From Octopus vulgaris (taxonomy: Eukaryota): 64,000 nt of DNA. Position 1 is the first letter of the stretch, and each line of letters begins with the position of its first letter. The position numbers and the translations under genes are program-made. Where the stretch lies: contig OX597819.1 of NCBI GenBank assembly GCA_951406725.2, positions 5,766,001 to 5,830,000 on the forward strand. Reading direction: 5' to 3'. The notes beneath the pieces are model-generated. The model had not been told where the DNA came from. It saw only the letters and a list, made by a program, of their open reading frames with translations, and did not search any database. Positions 41,241-53,253 of this stretch are shown here, piece after piece.

Positions 41241-42084
41241 ATAAAATCTTGATAAAATAAGGACACTTTTGAGGAATCCATTTTTAATCATATATGCTTG
41301 TGTGTGTGTGAGTGGTTGTGAAGAATTCTATGGCCTATTGTGTGCCGGGCACCATTAACATTGTCAACTTTAAGCTGTTTCCTTGAGCCTGTTAACATCT
41401 AAGCTATACTTAAACGGCAATCAGTTTTATAATGTTCAAGCGAATGGTATCTAGGGCCCCAGAATATTTTCAATTAGTAAGAAGTCGTTAAAAGTAAAAT
41501 TTTGAGTTAAAAATGTAATGTACTGAATGGCAACATTCCCCGTTACATACCTACCAACTCCTACATCCGCACACATGTTTGCAATCATGTTGGTTTATAT
41601 GATGACAGGCCAATAGATCAGATGATAATCTTGCATGGTGTTGACTAATCCTGAAATATATAAGTTCATAAAAGGTTCGAAGAAACGTCAAGACGAACGA
41701 TTCTTAATGAGATACAAAAAAGTTAGAATTTCACTGTTTCTACACACACACACACACTTGCTCACACACATACACACGCACGCACACGCACACGCACACA
41801 CATTTATAGACGCAACTCCGTACACGGAATAACGTTTGTGTACATAGAGTCACAAATAATCCTCGTTTACGAGAAAGATGATATGAAAAGGGAAGGTCCA
41901 GAGTAGAGATACAAGTTAGAATAAAAGCTAATAGACTCGTTGATAAAACGCAGTTACTTAGAATGTTGACACTTTAGCAAGGAGCGCTAATTAGTTCTCA
42001 AAATGGAGGCGGGCGGTATCATAGTGGTGGAGAGTTCAAAGTGTCTTGACAGATAATCGAGAAACTGCTCCACTTCATTCGTTT

Positions 42085-42144
<60 letters not shown>

Positions 42145-42224
42145 ATCTATCTAGCTATCTGTTTGATTTCTTAATTTCCTGAAATTTTGTTTTTCCTTAC
42201 AGTCATTTCCTATCTCTCTGTCGG

Positions 42225-42310
<86 letters not shown>

Positions 42311-44390
42311 AAGGGGGACATTATAGATAACTTTTGGCCAATCACTCTGCTCAATGCAGACCTGAAAATTTTGACCAAGGTGTTAGCCAAGAGGTTGGCG
42401 CTTGTCATCGAGAAACTGGTCGACAAGGCGCAAACGTGTGCCCTGCCGGGCCGGAGCATCCATGACAACCTCTATCTGATGCGCTACATCATAGACAGAG
42501 TAGTTAAGGAACCTGGCATGGGTGGGGCCCTGATCAATTTGGATCAATCGAAAGCTTTCGATAGGGTAGACCATCGATACTTGGAGGCAGTCCTGAGAGC
42601 GGCTGGTTTCGGTCCCGTCTTCCGCGGCTGGATAGCTGCCTTGTACAGAGGTATCCGTTCGGTAATTCGCGTAAATGGACATCTATCGAGACCTTTCGAC
42701 ATTGCACGTTCAGTCCGTCAGGGATGCCCCCTCTCGTCGCTTCTCTACGTATTGACTCTCGAGCCACTACTGCGGAAGCTGGCGACTCTGAGGGGCATCC
42801 CGCGAGAATTGGGATGCGGGACGAGCGTGTCTGCATACGTGAACGACGTCACCGTCATAGTGTCAAGTCACGAGCACATCGAGCTGGTCGGCGAGACAAT
42901 GAAAGACTACGAAGCAGTGACAGGAGCGAAAATCAACCGGGAAAAGTCAGTGGGCTTGCGGCTCGGCACCTGGAGAAGCAAGCACATGCCGTCCACCAGC
43001 ACCTCCGTCGTGGGACGCTGGACGGACGGCCCGGTCAAGTTGCTCGGGGTTTGGTTCGGTCCGGACCTCCAAATAGAGAAGAACTGGAACGAGATAACAA
43101 GTAGGGTGGTCACTCTCGCCCGGCAATGGGCCGAGAGGAAACTGTCCCTAAAAGGTCGTGCGGAGGTGGCGAACACGTACGTCGCGTCCATTATCTACTA
43201 ACGCCTGACCGTCGTACCTTGTCCAGACCTTACCATCACCAAACTAGAACGCATTCTCTTCCGCTTCTTGAGGAAAGGATGCGTCCCGATGGTCAGGCGA
43301 TCCATTTGCTGTCAACACTCGTTAAAAGGAGGACTGGGCATGCCGTGGTTGATGATGCGCAGACACGCGCTGAGGCTGCGACATCTCCGGCTCTATGTAG
43401 ACGACGGTGAACAGTTGTGGTCGCCGTTTGTGAGGCACGCTTTCCCGCAGCTCGTCTCAATGACAGAACTGCAGTCGTGGATCAAAAAGAGGCCGAGGAA
43501 GGGCGAATGGCACCGCGAGTGTCGAGTTGCTCTCAAGTAACTATGCCGTCCCGGGTCGACCTTGAGTGACTACAACACAACCAAAGCATTCTATAGGGGA
43601 TTAGTGGAGGAGAGGTACGACGACGATCTTGGGGCGAACCTGGGCGTCGACGAGGAATACCTGACCCGCCTGTTTGAGACGACCTTCGGGCCGGGACCTA
43701 TGGTTAACTTCCAGAGATCCCTGGCCTGGCAGTGCTACCGAGAAGCGCAACCCGTTCGGTATAAGCTCTATAGGCATGGCTCGAGAAACACGGGGCCGAC
43801 CTGCCCGAGATGCGGTCAGAGCGACGAAACCGTTCTGCACGCAATCGTGCAGTGTCCAACAATCTCCGACCTGTGGGCTTATGTCGAACGACTGCTGTCA
43901 CGTGCGGGACGTGTCGGTTTATCAGCCGAGTCTATCGTTAATATCGTCACGCCTCCTTCCTTCAAACGGGAAGGAAGAGCTATTTTTATCATACTTGTGA
44001 ATGACGAAGCCACCTTGACTATGACCCTATGAACCCGGAAAAATTAATACAGGGAGTTGCTTATTTGTAAAAAAATATAACATGTGACTTCATTGACCGA
44101 GGTTACCGTGGTCTTTTCCGTAGGCTTTTCTTTCCACGGGTAAACCTCACCTGTCTTCCCCTTTACACTTTACATTGACATTTCTGTGATAACGATCCCT
44201 ATTGATCGATTTTTTCTTTTTCCTTCTTTTTTCTTTCTCCCCCCTTTTTTTCTTTTGCTTTTCTCTTTCTTTCCATTTACGATTCCTTTTGATCGAAAAC
44301 CAACCCACCTTTTTTTTTATCTCCCAAAAAAAAGCTATACCTTGTAATTTGTCCCGTCTGTGTGCAGCCCTGTGTGGCTAATAAAGAAAC
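42311..44390 (+). pseudogene. 5'-truncated Tx1/L1-like LINE (RT domain to 3' UTR) flanked on both sides by (TCTA)n
   Basis: PITLLNADLKILTKVLAKRL, LDQSKAFDRVDH, RQGCPLS, decayed YADD (YVND), CPRCGQSDETVLHAIVQCP; stops at 43199 and 43538; deletion near 44000 relative to the 31965 copy; (TCTA)n at about 42225-42310 and 44393-44495. Confidence 0.95.
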
Positions 44391-44391
44391 A

Positions 44392-44467
<76 letters not shown>

Positions 44468-44657
44468 GATCTATCTACCTATCTATCTATCTATCTGCCC
44501 CACTCTCTCTTCTCTCTCTCTCCCCCTCTGTATGTGTGGTTCCGAGGTCGATCTCACTCCGCGGCACTCTAAACGAGTCTTTTCTACTTGAACTAGATTG
44601 AATATAGATCAATAAAATAGAATAGCACATTGAAATATAGTAAGTTACAATAATTAG

Positions 44658-44970
44658 TGAAGGCGCATGGTGGTTAGAGCATCGGGCTCACAATCGTGAG
44701 GTAGTGAGTTCGATTCCCGACCGAGCTGTGTGTTGTATTCTATCTTAAGCAAGACACTTTATCTCATTTTGCTGCAGTTGCAACGTCTGTGGTACTAAGC
44801 AAGCTCTATCTACCTTTTCTTTGAACAACATCGGCGGCGTGGAGAGGAGTGACTGGTATACACGGGCGACTGTTGGTCTTCCATAAACAACCTTGCCCGG
44901 ACTTTTGCCTCGGAAGAGAACTTTCTAGGTGCTATCCCATGGTCAGTGTCGTGACCAAAGGGGGTCTTTA
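44658..44970 (+). mobile_element. Degenerate tRNA/CORE-like SINE
   Basis: gtggttagagcatcgggctcacaatcgtgagg..GAGTTCGATTCCC, CORE-like cttaagcaagacacttt; head resembles that of 59197-59485. Confidence 0.65.
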
Positions 44971-45984
44971 CGTATATCAGTTATCTTTTACTTATTTAGT
45001 CATTGGATGCGGCCATGCTGGGGCACTGCCTGGAGGGATTCTTATCAAACAGATCGAGCCCTGTATTTATATTTAAGCCTGGAACTTATACCATCGGTCT
45101 CTTTTACTGAACTGCTAATTTACGTGCACGTAAACAAACCAACACCAGTTGTCATGGAGTGGTGGTGGGAGAAACACACACACACACACACATACACTAC
45201 TAACAAGGCATTGGTCGGCCTGGCGCTATTGTAGAAGACACTTATCCAAGGTGCCGCACAAGAGCCAACCTAGGTAGAAATTGAACTATAGACGTAAACT
45301 TATGGAAGAAATGCCGATAAGCATTTTGTCCGACGTGCTAACGATTCTGCCAGCTACACCCGTTTCTAGTCACTACATTACTATTTGCATATTCTTCCGT
45401 TCTTAATACTTATGTAATTTATCATCTTTCACATGCTTTTAGCAACTGCACTTATTTATATACATGTCCATTCTCTGTTTATTTTTGTCTCTCTCCTCTC
45501 CTTGTTCTCTATTCTTTCTGGATTACTTTCTTCCTTTTATTTATTCCTGATTTTTCCTTGATGCGTAAATACATGCGCAGAAATTTTAGGGCATTCAAAT
45601 ATACAACAAACACCATTTAGTACACTCACCTACACATACACACGTGCACAAGCACACATACACACTCAAGCACACGCAGGCACACACACACACATTCGTT
45701 TAGGTGACACCTTTAGAGTAATTTTAAATTACATTCTTGTTCTCAGAGACTAACGACCTAGACAGACTGGCGGCTGCTAAGTAGCTTGTCCTATTAAAGC
45801 CGTTCTCATACAATGAAAGAAGATTAAGACGTGGAACTAATTCAATTACACAAATAAACAAATGCTTATTTTCTCGCTCTTGCCTTTTACATTCTCCTAA
45901 CTACAGTAATTTGTTTAAAGCTATTAGCTAAGCAACTTAATAGTTAAGAATATTACCTTTGCAAATTAATAGTTAAATATATAG

Positions 45985-46381
45985 CTTATATATAAAAGTG
46001 AGGTTGTGTGCTGTCTGTCTCCTACGATTTAGATTCCTAACTACTCCCACATTTTGCGGTGCAGTTTAACCAAAACTGGGTACCTTATAGTCGTGATTCA
46101 TATCGAGCCCTTCTAGGTATTAGTGCGCGTCTACGATGAGTCTACGATTTAAAAAAAAATTTACCATCAATTTTTCCCATTTTTAATGCATTTTTGGCAT
46201 ATATAAGGGAAGTAACTCTCTAAAAATGTATTATTAAATCTCAGAACGTAAAAAGCTACAGTAACACCCACCCCCCTTTGTTGTTAGCCATATTGAGATG
46301 GCTATTATACTTTACATCTCTAAAAATGCTTATATAGTTATTTCCCTTACAAACCCGATCAACGCTGGGCGATACTGCTAG
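45985..46381 (+). mobile_element. Non-autonomous Helitron copy 2
   Basis: Homologous to 21712-22111; ends cccgatcaacgctgggcgatactgCTAG|T. Confidence 0.85.
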
Positions 46382-46722
46382 TAGCTTATAAAGGAAATTC
46401 AATGCCTTCACTCTGAAAGAAGTAACGATCAAATATCCCTCAAGCCGTAGTTTTATCTTAAAAGACATGAATGAGCAATACACATTGTAGTACTGGCTGC
46501 TCTGTAACTAAATAAATGAGAGACGACGGTTATAGTTGGACTTTACCTCCTCTCTTCAATTAAATGCAATGACAGGAAGAAATATGTAATATTTTAATGT
46601 GAGATTTATTTCATCAGCAAACATTTACAGGGTATCCAAGTGGCCCTTAATAGGGTCCAGGATCCAGAGGTGTATTACAAGAGAAGCATTATATTTTTAT
46701 ATTTTTTATCTTTTATATGTTA

Positions 46723-48007
46723 CTAGCAGTATCGCCCGGCGTTGCTCGGGTTTGTAAGGGAAATAACTATATTGATTGATTGATTGATTGATTCTAGTTT
46801 CAGCTCATGAGCTGTGGCCATGCTGGGGCACCGCCATTTGGTGTTGCTACTTGGTTTTACTTCACGAAAGCTTTTTAGCAACTGCCATTTGGTGCATGAG
46901 GGAGTTCGATGCAGCTGCCCTCATCTGCACCTCCTGCCGTGAAGTTGGTTCATCTGGGACACCTGACAGGAAGAGATCCAGTTCCATTTTAAAGACATCT
47001 GCATCCACCCCATGCAGGTCTCTCAGGTTCTTCGGGAGGATATTGAAGAGCTGTGGGCCACGGAAGCCCAGGCTATCACAGTATCTTGTCCTACATCTTG
47101 ATGGCAAATTTGGAGTCCTAGGCACCACGCAGTGGCGCCCAGTTCTGGCATTTGTGTAACTCTCGATGCCAAAGTTTGGGACAAGTCCCTCCAGGATCTT
47201 CCAAATGTATATTATGGCATATCTTTCCCGCCTACGCTCCAAGGAATATAGTTTTAATCTCTTGAGTCTTTCCCAGTAGCTTACATTCTGCATAGAGGCT
47301 ATCTTCTTCGTGTAGCTACGCTGGATCGCCTCGAGCTCTGTGATCAACTTGACACTGGATGGTGACCATAACTGAGAGCAATAGTCAAAGTGGCTTAGGA
47401 CAAGTGTCCTCCAGAGGACCATCATGGTTTCTTGTTCTCTTGTTCTAAAGGTTCTGAGAATCCATCCAGCCAGCCGTCTACATTTTATTGCCAGTTTAGC
47501 AACATGTACATGAAAGGTCGCGTCATCACTCATGTGAATACGCAGGTCACGCACTGATTGTGCCTCTGGGATTGCAATCCCTCCGGGTCCAGTGTATTCA
47601 TTGGGTGTTGCATTCAGTTTTGCATGCTGATAGTATAAAGCTTGAAACATTTCAGCATTGAACTGCAAGCATTTTTAGAGATCTAAAGTATAATAGCCAT
47701 CTCAATATGGCTAACCACAAAGGGGGGCGGTTACAGTAGCTTTTTACGTTCTGAGATTTTATAATAAATTTTTAGAGAGTTACTTCCCTTATATATGCCA
47801 AAAATGCATTAAAAATGGGAAAAATTGATGGTAATTTTTTTAAAAAATCGTAGACTCATCGTAGACGCGCGCTAATACCCAGAAGGGCTCGATATGAATC
47901 ACGACTATAAGATACCCGCTTTTGGTTAAACTGCACTGCAAAATGTGGGAGTAGTTAGGAATCTAAATCGTAGGAGACAGACACAACTTCACTTTTATAT
48001 ATAGAGA
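46723..48007 (-). mobile_element. Non-autonomous Helitron copy 3, split by a LINE insertion
   Basis: Minus-strand A|TC start at 48007 and CTAG|T end at 46723; halves 46723-46771 and 47667-48007 rejoin to match copy 2. Confidence 0.88.
46772..47666 (-). mobile_element. 5'-truncated LINE (CR1-group or Proto2-like) ORF2 C-terminus, short 3' UTR and (TCAA)n tail
   Basis: Uninterrupted 268-aa frame 46862-47668: VRDLRIHMS, GWILRTF, HFDYCSQLWSP, YWERLKRLKLYSLERRRERY; clade assignment tentative. Confidence 0.88.
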
Positions 48008-48215
48008 TTAGTTTCAATTATTAGACTGTGGCCATACTGGGGCACCGCATTGAAGAATTTTTAGTTGAAAGAATCGACCCCGGGACTTTTTTTAAGCCTG
48101 GTACTTATTCTATCGATCACTTGCTTCGAACCGCTAATGCACCGGGGACATAAACACGTCAACACCCGTTGTCAAGCGGTAGAAGGGGAAGAAACACAGT
48201 TACAAAGACACGCAG

Positions 48216-48286
<71 letters not shown>

Positions 48287-50120
48287 GGTAGACGGACAAT
48301 TCGTCGACTGACTGTTGGCCGACAGACGACTTATAGACAAGACAATTGACTGATTGGATAATTTACCGAAATGACAATATGTCGACATTTTTTAAAAACA
48401 AAGTAAAATTTACGAAAACGTTTTATTAGACTTTCAAATAGAAGCGATTTATTTATAAAACGATATTGCGTATTAGAGGTCGACATATGAAAAAAAGCAC
48501 GAAAAGTTTTGTTAGTCTTACAAATAGAAATAAAGTTATATACAATTATGGGCATGTGCCCTTAAAAATTCCAACCCACCGTCATCGTCGTAATTAAGAA
48601 CAATGGTTTTAAGTCTTTCCTTACGGCGAATGTACTTTTTGCTTTTCCTTGCCACTTCAACTCCTGATATGGTCTGTTCTATTACCCTTTCGGGGTGTGA
48701 CCCTAAGTTTCTCAATTAATTTGGATTTTAGGGTGATGGACGTTAACTCTTCTACTGAAGACTCGCTGCCACCCTTTCAGAGAGTTGTTGGCTTTCGGAA
48801 GATCATCGAGAACTCTGTTGTAGCACGACCGTAAAGAAATGTATAGTGGTCGTCGACGTCTACCACGTTGCATGATTCCTACCCAGGTACACTCAAAGTA
48901 AGTCAGGAATTCCTCCAAAATTTCATCAGTTTGAGCATTTAAAGAATGAAGTAGTTGTTCAAATAAAGTAGCTATGTCATTAGGTGGTACGAAAGCTAAC
49001 ACTTGCAGTTGTTTTCTAATAAACGCATTTTCTCCTTCGCTATACCACGTTTGTAAACCTGTAGCCTCAATCTTGCGCCATAAACACTGACCGAAGTGGA
49101 AAAAACAACCAAACAGAGAAACGTGAGGAAAAGAATTTTTTAATGCTGTTTATAGCTGCTTTCTCAAAGTCAACTGTAATTGATTTCACAGTGGAGGCGC
49201 AATGGCCCACTGGTTAGGGCAGCGGACTCGTGATCATAGGATCGCGGTTTCGATTCCCAGACCGGGCGTTGTGAGTGTTTATTGAGCGAAAACACCTAAA
49301 GCTCCACGAGGCTCCGGCAGGGGATGGTGGTGATCCCTGCTGTACTCTTTCACCACAACTTTCTCTCACTCTTACTTCCTGTTTCTGTTGTACCTGTATT
49401 TCAAAGGGCCGGCCTTGTCACTCTCTGTGTCACGCTGAATATCCCCGAGAACTACGTCAAGGGTACACGTGTCTGTGGAGTGCTCAGCCACTTACACGCT
49501 AATTTCACGAGCAGGCTGTTCCGTTGATTCGGATCAACCGGAACCCTCGTCGTCGTAACCGACGGAGTGCTTCCATCAAAGGAAAATAGAGAATAGAATT
49601 GATTTCACACTCAAAATCCTTTCTTCTTTAAATTTAAACCAAATCATAATTTGCTTCAGATTTACTGTTTGTTATGCAATAAAGTAGAGGCACTGTTTTA
49701 CTTTCACAAATTTGTGCATGGATCGTCTATAACTCAAGGGGATATCGGAAGCTACGGTTTCAAGTATAGAGCTCAGCAAATGTTCAGCTCGTCCAGCAAG
49801 AAGCTTCATTTCTTCCTTAACTTTTGCAGTGTGATTTTCAATTGGCGTAGGTGGATGAACGTGTTCAGAAGGAGTTGTGCTAATTTCATCATCAATTGCT
49901 GTCAGTCTAGCACTGCACAGTTTACGATTTGCGTATCTCCAATAAGTATTTTCTTTTCTGGTTCTATCAATTATATAGGCGTACCCTTTGCATAGAAGCT
50001 TTCTGCCTCCTCGTTCCGGTTTGATTAACTCCATGATCGATACTTCCGCATGTCGACTTTTTGTCCAAATGGCCAATTTTCCCATCGGCGGACTATCTGT
50101 CGGCGAATTGTCTGCACACG
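48287..50120 (-). mobile_element. Mutator-like (MULE) transposon relic with FLYWCH domain and MULE transposase fragments
   Basis: ERGGRKLLCKGYAY..YWRY..CSARL..EHVHPP (FLYWCH); TVDFEKAAINS..FPHVSLFGCFFHFGQCLW; LAFVPP..YFECTWVG..PKANNSLKGWQ; imperfect TIR gacaattcg(t/c)cgac; 9-bp TSD atacacata/atatacata. Confidence 0.88.
49191..49596 (+). mobile_element. SINE family B with 13-bp TSD inside the MULE transposase
   Basis: aattgatttcaca at 49178-49190 and 49597-49609. Confidence 0.95.
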
Positions 50121-50639
50121 ATATACATATATTTACGACAGGCTTCTTTCAGTTTCTACTAAATCCTCTCACAATGCTTTGGTCGGTCCGAGGCTATAGT
50201 AGAAGACTCTTGCCCAAGGTGCCACACTGTGGGACTGAATCTGGAACCATGTGGTTGGGAAGTAAGCTTCTTACCACACAGCCACACCTGCACCTAGTTT
50301 CTTCTATAGAGGTGGAGAAATTGAAAAGGTGGTGGAAAAGCACCATAAGGGAGCACCTTTAGCCTTCACACAGGACCCCGAATGGCCTCCGCAGATAGCT
50401 GTGGAGGCCACAACGTTTGACGTGACGTTTGGGCTGAAGGGGATCAATGAGGAATATCGCTTTTACCCGGGCGACGCCGACACGGAACACGATTCGATCT
50501 TGAAAGAGGAGTGGAGGATGACAGAGGATGCGGGCACAAGTCATGTTGAGGGCGAGTTATAAATTGTGGCACTGTGTGACACAAACAATTAATAGGCACT
50601 TCGCCTTCTTTCTGAACTCCCGGCTGTCAACGTGGTTTG

Positions 50640-51798
50640 CTCTGCAGGCGTAACTAAAGCGTTCTTTCTTTTCAATTTTCACGGCTCGGTCTCGTTGAGT
50701 TTTGTACACCTCAAAAGCTGCAGTCGAATCCAGATTTTTGAATTCAGCCCAAGCAATATCTCTGAGTCGACGTTCTCATTTAACCCTCTTCGTCACCCAG
50801 GGCTTGTGTTTCTTCCTCTTGGGAAGCCCAACGGGAACTGCCTGGTCAGTCAAACAGATTACATATGCTTTGAGGGATGACCATAGTTCGTCAACTGAGG
50901 ACAACGTCATCAGGGATCGCCAGTCCAGAAGCGCGGAAGCCTCGATTAGAATTTCAAGATTAATTGCAGAGAAGACTCTACGTGGCAGCGAAGTAGTCGT
51001 GGGCGTAGAAAAAGTTGTGTGCATGACGAACTTCAGGACCGCATGATCACTCTTGGCAAGAGGGGCGCACACAGATACGTCTGGCACTGATCTTGGATAG
51101 CGGGAGAATACCAGATCTAGGATAGATGGCTGCTGCCCAGATCGATGCCTTGTCGGATATTCAACATGTTGCGATAGAAAACAATCTTCAGCCACGTCAA
51201 GAAGGGCCTGGCCGAACCGGGAAGATGTTGTACAAATTGATGCGGGCCAATCGATCGTGGGAGCGTTGAAGTCTCCTAGTACCAAACAGTCATGCGAAGT
51301 TGAAACGAATCTTATCGCTTCGAGTAGATGAGCATCGTCCTGGGGGTCGGCAAGAGGCGGCCTGTAGACAGCCAATACGGGCAGGCAAAACTCAGATAGG
51401 CTCAGCTTGCAATAGACGGCATCGAATTTTGTTGTAGGCTGAGCATTAGTGGGTAGAATACCGCTGGACGGTTTGTGCTCAGACTTAATATACACAGCAA
51501 CACCTCCACCTCGCCTTTTTCCTCTGTCACATCTGAAAAGGACGTAGCCCTGCAGGTGGATTTCTGAGTCCTTTACTGCTGGAGTCAGCCAAGTCTCGGT
51601 GATAGCTATCACATCAGGGGAGTCACGTATGGCCAGTGTAAATAGTTCACTGAACTTTGGGAATAAGGAGCACGAGTTGGTGTAGACGATGCTGAGCTGT
51701 GAAGTCTGAGGGGCGGGAGTTGGGGAGCAAGCAGAATAAGGGGTATCAGAGATAGCATCGTTGACGGGAGTATCAACTTCACTTCGATTTGCCCTCAC
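50640..51798 (-). pseudogene. LINE ORF2 N-terminus: apurinic-like endonuclease (CR1/Jockey group); RT domain missing
   Basis: YTNSCSL, VIAITETWL, RCDRGKRRGGGVAVYIK, VYRPP, LGDFNAPTIDW, ILDLVFS, SDH; premature stop near 50776 with the frame continuing briefly. Confidence 0.92.
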
Positions 51799-53253
51799 AT
51801 CACTTTCCCTGTCAGCACTACAGCATGGGACCAGAGGTAGGACTTGATTATCTGTCCATCTTGGATTCGTAAACCCTTCTCTCCCATTTGTTTCCTCATC
51901 TTTAGTTCGGATATCAGGTTTCTCCGGCGAATTCTCTCTCTTAGTGAGTATTCCTCGCGAAAACCCATATTGGGGTCCTCCCAGGCATGCGTCTGAGCTC
52001 TGTTCAGAAAGACTGAAGCCTCCCGATCAGAAGAAAAGATTACCCTTATTGGGCGTGGTCTAGTATCTGCGGTTGGGTTCGCTTGGAATCTTCCTAGCCG
52101 AGCGACCTTAAGGACACTGACCTTTTCGTTCACGGAGAACAATTCTCCAACCAAAATGGAAACAAAATTAATGTCATCTTTTAGGCGGTTTATGCCTGTA
52201 TCACGGGTGGATTCAGCTTTACCGTAAATTATTGCTGATCTTGAGTGGGCAAAATGTTCTCTACTATGAGCTGTGGTATTCGATTCTTCATTGGAGGATT
52301 CGAAAGGGTGGTTTCACAGCCATCGGACTTATGTCGGCCTGTGGGGTCGATCGGAATGGGTTTAGTGGTCTAATTTTCCCGCCTGGTTTGGAACTGCACT
52401 GCCTCTTCTTCGGTTTGGGGGAGCGCCACTCCCCAGATGAACTCACATCGAGATCGTTCAGAATTGGTTGAGCAATGGCATTAATGGGAAGGACAGGTGA
52501 GGGTGAATCCAAACGGATTTTATCGTGATCAGGTTTCATAGCCAAATCTGCCCCTCTGGAGTTTTGACTACGTTTCTTCTTTTGGGGAGAACAACGGTCT
52601 TCAGGTGGGTTTGAGTCTACGCTCCTCAAATTAGGTTGGGGAACCTCCAGGACCGAAAAGGCAGATGGGGAAGAATCCGCACAGGAACGATCATGTGCAG
52701 AAACGACCGCCGGTTCCTTCGCCTTCTTTGGCCGCCTCGATTTTGTTCCCTTCGGTTTGGACGTCTCCAGGGAAGAAATCAAGAGTGACTCTGCGTCAAC
52801 AGGAGACTGTTTATCGTGGTCAGGTTTCATAGCTAAATCCGCCCCACTGGAGTTTTGACGACGTTTCTTCTTTTGGGGAGAACAACGGTCTTCAGGTGGG
52901 TTTGAGTCTACGCTCCTCAAATTCGGTTGGGGAACCTCCAGGACCGAAAAGGCAGATGGGGAAGAATCCGCACAGGAACGATCATGTGCAGAAACGACCG
53001 CCGGTTCCTTCGCCTTCTTTGGCCGCCTCGATTTTGTTCCCTTCGGTTTGGACGTCTCCAGGGAAGAAATCAAGAGTGACTCTGCGTCAACAGGAGACTG
53101 TTTATTCAGTAAGAGAGCAACAACAGACTTTAGGTGCTCGACCTCTTGTTTGAGCAACAGCAACTGCTCGTTGAGCTGACTATTGGTAGGACCATCATCT
53201 TGATGAGAAGCCCTTCTTGCAGATCTCAGTTTCGATCCGTAGGTAGCTGACAT
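51795..53253 (-). pseudogene. LINE ORF1 (CR1-type) with an internal 291-bp in-frame duplication and a frameshift near 52300
   Basis: Coiled-coil-like N-terminus; C-terminal AIIYGKAES..RLGR..RPRPIRVIF..SLRERIRRRNL..LRIQDGQII; abuts the ORF2 endonuclease. Confidence 0.82.

Larger units (their letters stand above)
48010..50293 (-). mobile_element. SINE family A split by a MULE insertion in its microsatellite
   Basis: Tail half at about 48010-48215, (TA)n, then head half at about 50121-50293. Confidence 0.82.
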
